Assembly: GCA_938003965.1 (NCBI GenBank)
Contig: CALKXI010000024.1
Location: 6,089-70,088 of the forward strand
Length of the DNA: 64,000 nucleotides
Direction of reading: 5' to 3'
Source of the DNA: an uncultured Chlorobiales bacterium
Lineage (GTDB): Bacteria > Bacteroidota > Chlorobiia > Chlorobiales > Thermochlorobacteraceae
Part shown: positions 29,885-38,342 of the stretch, one piece after another
Numbering within the stretch: the stretch's first letter is position 1
Layout: the number at the start of each line of letters is the position of its first letter
The notes under the pieces: model-generated
The model's input: only the letters and a program-made list of their open reading frames with translations
What the model was told of the DNA's origin: nothing
The model's database searches: none
Made by a program: the position numbers and the translations under genes

Positions 29885-31636
29885 TTACTCCAATGTCGAG
29901 ATTTCTTCTTCGAGCAGTTGCTTTTGGTAAAGGTCGGCATAGCGTCCTTGTTGTGCAAGCAATTCGCTGTGCGAGCCGCGCTCGACAATTTCGCCGTTTT
30001 CCAGAACGAGAATCAGGTCGGCGTTGCGCACCGTTGAAATGCGATGGCTAATGAGAATCACGGTGGCGTCGTTGGTCGCAGTGTTCAGGTTTCGCAAAAT
30101 GTTGTCTTCAGTTTTCGTATCGACTGCCGAGAGCGCATCATCAAGAATGAGAATGGAGGGTTTGCGAACCAAGGCGCGTGCAATCGCAGTGCGCTGTTTT
30201 TGTCCGCCTGAAAGGGTAATGCCACGCTCGCCAATCATTGTGTCGTATTGCGCGGGAAATCCTTGAATGTCTTCGTCAATGCATGCAATTTTGGCGGCGT
30301 TGCAAATGTCGTCGTCCGTCGCCTCTATCGCGCCGAAGGCAATGTTATCGCGAATGGTATCCGAGAACAAGAAATAATCTTGCGGCACAAATCCGATATG
30401 CTTGCGCAAGACTTTCAGCGGAATCTCTCGAATCGGAACGCCGTCGATTAAAATTTCACCGGATGTGGCTTCAATCATGCGCGGAATTAAATTCACCAGC
30501 GTTGATTTGCCCGACCCTGTTGCGCCCACAATTGCCAATTTCATTCCGCACTCCAACTTGAACGAAATGTTTTTCAGCACTGGCTTGTCAGGAGTTGAGG
30601 GATAGACAAAGCAAACTTCCTTGAACTCAATCGCGCCATCAATTTTTGTAATCCGATGATTCGTCGATTCTCCGTCTCGAATCTCAGGCACGAGATTGAA
30701 AATAGCATTTAAGCGAATTTGCGAAGCCGCAGCACGCTGAATAATGTTCGTTACCCACCCGATTGAAATCATAGGCCACGAAAGCGACGACACATAAATA
30801 AGAAACTGTGTAATCGAGCCGATGGTCATCTCTCCTGCAATCACCATTTCGCCGCCAATCCAAATCGTCAAAATCACCGACAGCCCAATCAAGCCCGACA
30901 TCAGCGGATAAAACATCGCTTGAAGTTTCGCAAGCTCGAGATTCTTCTCGTAGTAATCTTGATTGAGTTTCTCGAACTGCTCAATTTCGCTCTGCTCGCG
31001 CGTGTAGGCTTTGACCACGCGAATGCCCGATAAATTTTCTTGAACCTTCGTTGTGATTCGTGCATACCGCTCTTGCAACTCTTGACTGCGATGATGAATA
31101 ATTTTTCCAATTCGATACACGCCATAACTCAACAGCGGTGCAGGCAGAAGCGCAAAGAGCGTCAGCATCGGTGAGATGGCAATCATCGCCGAGAGCGCAA
31201 AGATGAGCCGAAACGCCGTGTTCAGCGAATACATAATGCCCGGACCGAGATAATTGCGCACCGCATTCAAGTCGTTCGTTGCCCGCGACATCAAATCGCC
31301 TGTGCTATTGGTTTTGAAAAAGTTCAGCGAAAGCGTTTGCAGATGCGCATAAAAATCGTTCTTCAAATCGTATTCAATTTTGCGCGACACGACGATAATC
31401 GTCTGCCGCACACAGAAGAGAAAAAATCCGCCCAACGCTGAAAACATCACGGCAAGCCCGACATCTTTCACAATCTCGTTCATCGTGTAGTCGCCTTTCA
31501 TCGTATCAATCGCTTGTCCGATAAACTTCGGCGCATACACGACGCAAAAATTTGTCAAGAGCACCCACATCACGCCGAGTGCGAGGCTATATCGGTAGCG
31601 CCACAAGTATTGATTCAGTGAAGCCAGACTTTGCAT
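29885..31636 (-). CDS. ABC exporter, fused permease/ATPase (MsbA/multidrug type)
   Basis: 583 aa, with six N-terminal TM helices. Walker A GATGSGKST, signature LSGGQKQR and Walker B ILILDDALSAVD are present. Confidence 0.9.
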   Translation of the reverse strand: MQSLASLNQYLWRYRYSLALGVMWVLLTNFCVVYAPKFIGQAIDTMKGDYTMNEIVKDVGLAVMFSALGGFFLFCVRQTIIVVSRKIEYDLKNDFYAHLQTLSLNFFKTNSTGDLMSRATNDLNAVRNYLGPGIMYSLNTAFRLIFALSAMIAISPMLTLFALLPAPLLSYGVYRIGKIIHHRSQELQERYARITTKVQENLSGIRVVKAYTREQSEIEQFEKLNQDYYEKNLELAKLQAMFYPLMSGLIGLSVILTIWIGGEMVIAGEMTIGSITQFLIYVSSLSWPMISIGWVTNIIQRAAASQIRLNAIFNLVPEIRDGESTNHRITKIDGAIEFKEVCFVYPSTPDKPVLKNISFKLECGMKLAIVGATGSGKSTLVNLIPRMIEATSGEILIDGVPIREIPLKVLRKHIGFVPQDYFLFSDTIRDNIAFGAIEATDDDICNAAKIACIDEDIQGFPAQYDTMIGERGITLSGGQKQRTAIARALVRKPSILILDDALSAVDTKTEDNILRNLNTATNDATVILISHRISTVRNADLILVLENGEIVERGSHSELLAQQGRYADLYQKQLLEEEISTLE

Positions 31637-31660
31637 AGTTCGTTGGAATTGTTAGAAGCC

Positions 31661-31691
31661 AAAAAAGAAACGCCGAGAATTGGTCGGCGTT
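31661..31691 (-). terminator. rho-independent terminator after the TlpA-like gene
   Basis: aacgccga (31669-31676) pairs with tcggcgtt (31684-31691). The plus-strand A run at 31661-31666 gives a T run on the minus strand. Confidence 0.6.
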
Positions 31692-31751
31692 CAGAAGTAA
31701 CAATCACGTTCGCACTGTCATTTCAAAATACGAAGGCATTTCTCAAAACCG

Positions 31752-32303
31752 TTACTTTGCAATGGCTTTTTTAATGGCTTCGGCGAAGGTGGCTTTATCG
31801 CGCGCGCCGACAAAGTAGTCTAAAATTTCACCTTTGCCGTTGATGACAAACGAGGTTGGAATGCCACGAATCGTACCTTCTTTTGTCAATTTACCATAAC
31901 TTGCCGCAAGTTCGCGCGAGCCCATCGCAACGGGGTAGTTCATCTTTTGCGCTTGTGCAAACGCTTTCACTTTTTCTTCTTCGTCGCCGACCGCAATTCC
32001 AATAAATGAGAAGCCTTTGCTTTCATATTCTTTTTGCAGTTCAATCATATCGGGAATTTCGGCGCGGCAAGGCGGGCACCACGTTGCCCAAAAATTCACA
32101 ATCACACCTTTGCCTTTGTAGTCGGAAAGTTTCAGGCTTTTGCCGTCAATGGTGGTTAGCGTGAAGTCGGGGGCTTTTTTGCCGTCGGTTGCCACAGCCG
32201 TTTGCACTGCTTCTGCATTTGAGGCGGGTATCGTCATTAAAGCCATACCTGAAGCGGCAACGACAAGCACCACTGAAATCGTGAGAATTGAAATGCGTTT
32301 CAT
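31752..32303 (-). CDS. TlpA/ResA-family thiol:disulfide oxidoreductase (periplasmic thioredoxin-like)
   Basis: 183 aa with an N-terminal signal/anchor and the redox motif WATWCPPC. Confidence 0.85.
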   Translation of the reverse strand: MKRISILTISVVLVVAASGMALMTIPASNAEAVQTAVATDGKKAPDFTLTTIDGKSLKLSDYKGKGVIVNFWATWCPPCRAEIPDMIELQKEYESKGFSFIGIAVGDEEEKVKAFAQAQKMNYPVAMGSRELAASYGKLTKEGTIRGIPTSFVINGKGEILDYFVGARDKATFAEAIKKAIAK

Positions 32304-32362
32304 TGTTTAGATAGGTTGAATTGAATTTAACAGGCTTTGCGTCTACGATGCTTGTTGAAACA

Positions 32363-33460
32363 TCACAAGTTTCCGCGTGCGGCTTGGTCGCGCTCGATGG
32401 CTTCAAAAAGGGCTTTGAAATTGCCTTTGCCGAATCCTCTCCCGCCCCGCCGCTGAATAATCTCGAAGAAGAGCGTCGGACGGTCTTCGACGGGCTTCGT
32501 GAAAATTTGAAGCATGTAGCCGTGGTCGTCTTTGTCGACCAAAATGTTTTGTGCTTTGAGTGCGGCAATATCTTCCTTAATTGCGCCGACACGTTCCGAA
32601 AGCATGTCGTAATAGGCATCAGGCACGGAAATAAACTCGACGCCACGCTCGCGCATAGTTGCCACCGTCGTGATAATGTCGTCGGTTAGCATCGCAATGT
32701 GTTGCACGCCTGCACTTTCGTAGAACTCCACATATTCTTCAATCTGCGATTTCTTCTTGCCTTCGGCAGGCTCGTTGATGGGCATTTTAATGCGTTCGCT
32801 TGCGTTCGCCACCACAACCGAGCGCAAGGCAGTGTATTCCGTTGAAATGTCTTTGTCGTCAAAACTTTGGAATTGATGAAAGTCAAAGACGTCGTGATAG
32901 AACTTCACCCATTTTTGCATCTCGTTCCAACTAACATTGCCGACGATGTGGTCAATCGCCGCCAGCATTGGACGGCGCGATGAGCCATTGGTATGTGGCT
33001 TTGGCGCGAACGACGGCAGAAACACGCCTTTGTAGTCTTTGCGCTCAATGAACGAGTGAATCGTGTCGCCGTAAGTTTGAACAGCAGATTTCATAACCGT
33101 GCCGTATTCGTCTTTGAGAACCGTTGGCTCTTGAACGCCGATTGCGCCGCGCTCGACAGCAAGTTCATAACATGCTTTGGCGTCATCGGTCTCGAAGGCA
33201 ACATCGCGCACGCCGTCGCCGTGCTTTTTGAGATGTCCAGCAATCAACGAATCAGAATGCAGTGGCGAAGTGAGCACAAAGCGGATTTTGCCTTGTTGCA
33301 TCACATATGAAGCGCGGTCGCGTGTGCCTGTTTCAGGACCGCAATAGGCAACAAGGTCGAAGCCCATTGCTTGCTTGTAGAAAAAGGCGGCTTGCTTAGC
33401 ATTGCCGACGTAAAACTCGACGTGGTCAAAGTCATAAATTGGAAGTGCTCTCTTACTCAT
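32363..33460 (-). CDS. hppD: 4-hydroxyphenylpyruvate dioxygenase
   Basis: 365 aa with two VOC modules. Fe ligand contexts are present (HIVGNV, GVQHIAM). The characteristic C-terminus is FFEIIQRRGGRGFGKGNFKALFEAIERDQAARGNL. Confidence 0.9.
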   Translation of the reverse strand: MSKRALPIYDFDHVEFYVGNAKQAAFFYKQAMGFDLVAYCGPETGTRDRASYVMQQGKIRFVLTSPLHSDSLIAGHLKKHGDGVRDVAFETDDAKACYELAVERGAIGVQEPTVLKDEYGTVMKSAVQTYGDTIHSFIERKDYKGVFLPSFAPKPHTNGSSRRPMLAAIDHIVGNVSWNEMQKWVKFYHDVFDFHQFQSFDDKDISTEYTALRSVVVANASERIKMPINEPAEGKKKSQIEEYVEFYESAGVQHIAMLTDDIITTVATMRERGVEFISVPDAYYDMLSERVGAIKEDIAALKAQNILVDKDDHGYMLQIFTKPVEDRPTLFFEIIQRRGGRGFGKGNFKALFEAIERDQAARGNL

Positions 33461-34020
33461 GGTTGTTGAAAGATAAAGTTAATTTCCGCCTCGGCGAGCG
33501 GTTTAGCGTTTCGGTCTTTATCAGACAAAATCGGCTCAATGCCGACATCGCGCCACTCAATTCCGATAGCAGCATCGTTCCATAAAATTCCTCTATCGGC
33601 TGACGGCGTGTAGAAGTTAGTAACTTTGTATCGAAACTCGGCGACCTCAGAAATCACCTGAAAGCCATGCGCAAATCCTTCAGGCACATAAAGCATGCGC
33701 TTGTTTTCTTCTGAGAGTTCTACTCCGAACCATTTGCCAAACGTCGGCGAACCTTTGCGAATATCAACTACCACATCAAAGACCGCGCCCATCGATACGC
33801 TCACTAATTTTGCTTGTGCAAACGGTGCAAGTTGATAGTGCAAGCCGCGCAAAACGCCCTTCGTTGAGCGACTGACATTGTCCTGAACAAAGTTTGCCGT
33901 AATTCCAAACTCTGAAAAGACTTTTTGGTTATAACTCTCGTAAAAAAAGCCACGTGCGTCGCTATAAACTTTCGGCTCAATTAAACACAAACCAAGAATT
34001 GGCGTTTGAATACATTTCAT
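33457..34020 (-). CDS. rfbC: dTDP-4-dehydrorhamnose 3,5-epimerase
   Basis: 187 aa RmlC cupin, with DARGFFYESY, VLRGLHYQ and YVPEGFAHGF. It forms an ATGA overlap with hppD. Confidence 0.9.
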   Translation of the reverse strand: MKCIQTPILGLCLIEPKVYSDARGFFYESYNQKVFSEFGITANFVQDNVSRSTKGVLRGLHYQLAPFAQAKLVSVSMGAVFDVVVDIRKGSPTFGKWFGVELSEENKRMLYVPEGFAHGFQVISEVAEFRYKVTNFYTPSADRGILWNDAAIGIEWRDVGIEPILSDKDRNAKPLAEAEINFIFQQP

Positions 34021-34068
34021 GCGTGAATGGTTTTTTGAAGACGGAAATGTAAAAAAGTTTTGTAGAGG

Positions 34069-34096
34069 AAAATAAAAGGCGTTCCGAAGAACGCCT
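34069..34096 (-). terminator. rho-independent terminator after the small repeat protein gene
   Basis: aggcgttc (34077-34084), loop cgaa, gaacgcct (34089-34096). The minus strand continues with TTTTATTT. Confidence 0.7.
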
Positions 34097-34100
34097 ATTG

Positions 34101-34310
34101 TTAGTTATCCGTTGCCATCACGTCGTCTTGACCTGCGGTTCGGACCGTATCGGGAATGCGCTTGCCGCCTGTTACAGTCGTCTTTTTGACCGTCGTTTTC
34201 GGCTTTTCTAACACCGTTCCCATATCGGTATCGCGCACATTGTCGCTCCCAGCAGTGCGCACCGTATCAGGCATTTTGCGCACTTCAGTTCGATTTTGTT
34301 CGTTTGCCAT
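34101..34310 (-). CDS. small hypothetical protein with an internal tandem duplication
   Basis: 69 aa. RKMPDTVRTAGSDNVRDTD (res 11-29) is repeated as KRIPDTVRTAGQDDVMATD (res 50-68). The gene has its own terminator directly downstream. No family recognised. Confidence 0.5.
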   Translation of the reverse strand: MANEQNRTEVRKMPDTVRTAGSDNVRDTDMGTVLEKPKTTVKKTTVTGGKRIPDTVRTAGQDDVMATDN

Positions 34311-34399
34311 TTTCTTCCTTTCAAAGTTTTGACCACATACTTCAGTCGGTTTTCAATGTTACTTCTAACTTTTAGCAACGAAACATCACGCGCAAACGT

Positions 34400-36178
34400 T
34401 TATTTGAGCAACATCATCTTCTTCGTTTGCACAAATCGCTCGCCGCTTGTGTTTGCTTCCAACCGATAAAAATACACGCCTGATGAAAGGGCATGTTGAG
34501 CCGCATTGAACGAATAAGCGTGCGTTCCCGACATCTGTTTTTCATCAAAGAGCGTTGCGATTTTTCTGCCTAAAACATCAAAAAGCTCGAGCCGCACTTG
34601 ACTTGCACGGGGAAGCGTGTAAGTGATAATTGTTGTTGGATTAAACGGATTCGGATAATTCTGCGCAAGGGAAAAGTCGATAGGCTTCGCCGTTTGTTGC
34701 GATGCTGTGAGCGATGGTTGAATGGTGAATTTCCATGCACCGCCTTGTTCAGCCGTAAGCGGTTTCGTGAGGCGTTTATTACTGTTTGAAGTTGCGACGA
34801 TGTAATAAAAAATCGTTTGCGATGTATTGCGCACGGTTGGTGATGCAATTTCCGCTCGGAACGAATCCGCACCGATGGCTTGCATTGGCACCATTTGAAA
34901 GCCTTGTGCGGTATCGGTTGTCCAAAAGAGTTCTGCACGGGCAATGCCAGTTCTTGATGTGATTTTTGCAACCACTTGGCGCGAGGCGGTGTCGGGCGAA
35001 TCGAGCAAGCGTTTATGCGCAATCACGATTGGCTCATCGTCCGCAATTTCTTTCGTGATGCAGTGAATCGCGCCTGACTGCGGAATAATTTGATTGCAGT
35101 TAATTCCCACAATCGTGTAGCCGGGCATCGCGTTGCGATAAATGCGCAGTGCGGTTGTGTCGAAGCGTTCTTCGTAGGTCGGCACAATCACGGTTTTGTT
35201 GATGATGAGCGAATTGGTGTAGGTGCGATAGTATCCGCCTTGACTTGGATAGCGTCCGAATTGGTCGGGCGGCATCGGGATACGCACCACGCGATACGGA
35301 CGGTTGTAACACGTTTGAAAATTGCTCAACACATATTGCAAGTTGGCTTCAATTTGCGGACCATCAGAGACGCCTTGCGGATACTCCCCAACCAACAGCG
35401 TTTCTTCATCGAGCAACTTCATGTGCATATCGATGTGGTGAATGCCATCATAAGGCAGGTTTTGCATTTTGATATATCGCTCAATACCCATGAAGCGGCG
35501 CATGAGCGAATCAATTTGCGCTTCAGTTTTGGTTGGATTTTCATCGAGCACAAGGCGCGACGAAAAGCCTGTTCCGAATCCGTCGGTCATGAAGTTTCCG
35601 CCAGTATGCACCAAGTTGTTTGGTGGTGTGGTCATTTGAAAGAGCGGCACTTGCAGTGCTGTTGCCATAGCAACGGGAATGAGGTCGTCGTTGGGACGCG
35701 GACGGTTGTAAATCCAATCGATGAAGTGAAGCGTATCGACGCCGTTGGAATAAACCGACCATGGTCCATAATCTCTGCACCAGATTGAGTTTGACGGCGC
35801 AACGATGAAGACCAAGTTTTGAAGCGTGCCGCCACCTTGCACAATCGTGTTTTTGATGTTGGTTGTATCGCCTGCATTAGCAACGATATAAACCTTGCCT
35901 TCTTTCTGTGCGGCAACCACGATTTGCCGAAGAATCGTTGGGAAACTGCGCCAAGTGATGAGCACGCCTTTGCACTGCTCCCATTCTGCGGCGGTGCGCA
36001 TGGGCGAAGTTGGCACGCTTGTGATGGCGTCTGCCGAAACAGGCGGCTTGTAGAAGCGCATCATCTCGCGCTCTGCGGGCGTCATGAAGTGAGGCAGTTC
36101 GGTCGTGTCAGGCTCTTGTGCCAATGCACTAAGCGGCAAGAGCACTACACAGAGAAGTAGTTTCGTGATGGTTTTCAT
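34400..36178 (-). CDS. agmatine deiminase / Porphyromonas-type peptidylarginine deiminase family protein with T9SS C-terminal sorting domain
   Basis: 592 aa with signal peptide MKTITKLLLCVVLLPLSALA/Q and a guanidino-modifying core with catalytic Cys motif GAIHCITKE. The C-terminal domain reads NYPNPFNPTTIITYTL...SGVYFYRLEA...KKMMLLK, typical of T9SS type A CTDs. Confidence 0.85.
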   Translation of the reverse strand: MKTITKLLLCVVLLPLSALAQEPDTTELPHFMTPAEREMMRFYKPPVSADAITSVPTSPMRTAAEWEQCKGVLITWRSFPTILRQIVVAAQKEGKVYIVANAGDTTNIKNTIVQGGGTLQNLVFIVAPSNSIWCRDYGPWSVYSNGVDTLHFIDWIYNRPRPNDDLIPVAMATALQVPLFQMTTPPNNLVHTGGNFMTDGFGTGFSSRLVLDENPTKTEAQIDSLMRRFMGIERYIKMQNLPYDGIHHIDMHMKLLDEETLLVGEYPQGVSDGPQIEANLQYVLSNFQTCYNRPYRVVRIPMPPDQFGRYPSQGGYYRTYTNSLIINKTVIVPTYEERFDTTALRIYRNAMPGYTIVGINCNQIIPQSGAIHCITKEIADDEPIVIAHKRLLDSPDTASRQVVAKITSRTGIARAELFWTTDTAQGFQMVPMQAIGADSFRAEIASPTVRNTSQTIFYYIVATSNSNKRLTKPLTAEQGGAWKFTIQPSLTASQQTAKPIDFSLAQNYPNPFNPTTIITYTLPRASQVRLELFDVLGRKIATLFDEKQMSGTHAYSFNAAQHALSSGVYFYRLEANTSGERFVQTKKMMLLK

Positions 36179-36184
36179 ATCCTG

Positions 36185-36943
36185 TTACATCGTTTTCGTT
36201 ACATCGGAAGCATGGCGAATTGTGCGCTCGCGCAAAGTCGCCTTTTTTTTCATCTTGATATTGAGCACTTCGACGAGAAGCGAAAAAGCAATTGCAAAAT
36301 ACATATAGCCCTTCGGCACATGCACATCGAAGGCTTCGGCAACGAGCAACACGCCAATGAGGAGCAAGAGCGCAAGCCCGAGCATTTTCGTGGTTGGGTG
36401 CTCGTGAATGAAATCGCCGACAGGCTTTGCAAACACAAGCATCACGCCTGTCGAGACGATAATCGCGATTGCCATTACCAAAATCTCTTTCGATAAACCA
36501 ATCGCCGTAATAATCGAGTCAATCGAGAAGATGAAACTGAGCGCGATAGATTGCAGAATGACCATTGCAAAACTTGATGCGACCTTCGCACCTCCTTCTT
36601 CGGCGTCGCCTTCAATTTTCGAGTGAATTTCCGTAACGGCTTTATACATCAAGAAGAGTCCGCCACCGAGCATAATTAAATCCTTGCCGCTAATGCCTTG
36701 TGCAAACACGCTAAAGAGCGGTGCTTCCAATGTGAGAATCCAATTGATGGCGGCTAAAAATCCCAAGCGCAAAATTAGCGCGGCAGTTAAACTCATCACG
36801 CGCGCCTTTGGCTGTGCTTCCGATGGAAGTTTGGAGACGAGAATCGAGATGAAAATAATGTTGTCAATTCCTAACACGATTTCAAGCACCGTCAGGCTGA
36901 GCAAACTTGCAAGATTATCGGGTTGCAGTAGCATTTCTATCAT
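36185..36943 (-). CDS. TerC-family integral membrane protein
   Basis: 252 aa, multi-TM, with TerC motif LEIVLGIDNIIFISIL and its second-half repeat (SIDSIITAIG). It forms a 4-nt ATGA overlap with queA. Confidence 0.85.
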   Translation of the reverse strand: MIEMLLQPDNLASLLSLTVLEIVLGIDNIIFISILVSKLPSEAQPKARVMSLTAALILRLGFLAAINWILTLEAPLFSVFAQGISGKDLIMLGGGLFLMYKAVTEIHSKIEGDAEEGGAKVASSFAMVILQSIALSFIFSIDSIITAIGLSKEILVMAIAIIVSTGVMLVFAKPVGDFIHEHPTTKMLGLALLLLIGVLLVAEAFDVHVPKGYMYFAIAFSLLVEVLNIKMKKKATLRERTIRHASDVTKTM

Positions 36944-38211
36944 TTGAGATTATCGGTTTGATTGGTTTTGTTGCGCCAAAGAAGCGACGAATCGCCGTAA
37001 CTCAAAAAGCGATAGTCGTTATCGAGCGCGCTTTGATAGACCTTGCGCCAAAAATCGTTTCCCAAAAATGCCGCCACAAGCAAAATGAGCGTGCTTTTGG
37101 GTTGATGAAAATTTGTAATCAAGGCGTCGACGACTTTGAACATATAACTTGGTACAATCATCAATTCGGTTTCGCCTTGCAGTTGCTCTAAGCCTTTTTC
37201 GTTTGCCCATTTGAGCAACTTGCCGAAGGCTTCTTGACGCGAAGGTAACTTTATTTCGGCGGATAGTCGATAGGCTTCCCATTGCGAAACCCATATATCG
37301 TTTCGGGAGAGAGCGTCTTGTTCATTTGCACAAAGTTTCGCGCCGAACCAGTAGAGCGATTCGAGCGTGCGCATGGAAGTTGTGCCAACGGCAACGACAC
37401 ATGGTTTCGGCGATGTGGCTTGCTCTATCAAGCGTTCAAGCGTAGAAAGCGAAACAGCGATTCGTTCGGTGTGCATCTGGTGCTCGGCAACGCTGGGGCT
37501 TTCAATCGGTTTGAAGGTGCCAAGTCCGACATGGAGCGTGAGGTCGGCAATTTCAATTTGCTTGTGAGTTAATTGTTGGAATGTGCGTTCCGTGAAGTGA
37601 AGTCCTGCCGTTGGTGCGGCAACCGAGCCTTGCGACATGGCATAAACGGTTTGATAGCGGAAACGGTCTTCTTGTTCGGCTTCGCGCTTCAAATAAGGCG
37701 GAATGGGGATTTTGCCAATCGTTTCAAGCACGTCGGCGAAGGATTGATTGCTACTCCAAGTGAAATCGACAACGGCTTCGGCGTCGACTTTATCAATGAC
37801 GGTTGCCGTTACGCCATGCAGTTCGAGCACGGTTCCGATGGCAATTTTTCGTCCGCCAATCAGGCAGTTCCATCGGCAACCGTTTTTTGCGTTGAGCGTA
37901 ATGGCGGGGTCGCGACTGGGCGCAATGGGTTCAAGACAAAGGACTTCAACCAATCCGCCCGTTGTTTTGGCGAAGTGCAGTCGTGCCGCAATCACTTTGG
38001 TATTGTTGCGAACAAGCAGGGCGCGTTCAGGCAAGAGCGCAGGCAGGTCGTAAAAATGATGGTGCGAAATTTCTTCTGTGGTTGCATCAGCCACGAGCAA
38101 TTTGCTTTGGTCGCGTTCCGATAAAGGAAACTTAGCGATGCGCTCTTCGGGCAGGTCGTAGCAGAATTTCTCGAGCGCGATATTCGGTGCAAACGCTGTT
38201 TGCTCGTTCAT
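36940..38211 (-). CDS. queA: S-adenosylmethionine:tRNA ribosyltransferase-isomerase
   Basis: 423 aa. FCYDLPEERIAKFPLSERDQSKLLV, AAPTAGLHFT and the C-terminal RFLSYGDSSLL are typical of QueA. It is somewhat longer than the E. coli-type protein. Confidence 0.85.
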   Translation of the reverse strand: MNEQTAFAPNIALEKFCYDLPEERIAKFPLSERDQSKLLVADATTEEISHHHFYDLPALLPERALLVRNNTKVIAARLHFAKTTGGLVEVLCLEPIAPSRDPAITLNAKNGCRWNCLIGGRKIAIGTVLELHGVTATVIDKVDAEAVVDFTWSSNQSFADVLETIGKIPIPPYLKREAEQEDRFRYQTVYAMSQGSVAAPTAGLHFTERTFQQLTHKQIEIADLTLHVGLGTFKPIESPSVAEHQMHTERIAVSLSTLERLIEQATSPKPCVVAVGTTSMRTLESLYWFGAKLCANEQDALSRNDIWVSQWEAYRLSAEIKLPSRQEAFGKLLKWANEKGLEQLQGETELMIVPSYMFKVVDALITNFHQPKSTLILLVAAFLGNDFWRKVYQSALDNDYRFLSYGDSSLLWRNKTNQTDNLK

Positions 38212-38342
38212 TGATTGAAAAATGAAAGTTGATTTTGTAAGTTAAACTTATCGCCAACATAACCCAATTCGCCACTGTAGAAAACGCGATGCTTTTCGCA
38301 TGTGTTAGATTTGTGTGTGTTTGATTCTGAACTGCTCTAACT

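Noticed and set aside
36940-38211. QueA is about 70 residues longer than the E. coli-type enzyme.
   Set aside because: The extra length is spread over an N-terminal leader and internal loops, with all hallmark segments present. This is likely lineage-typical and not evidence of a fusion.
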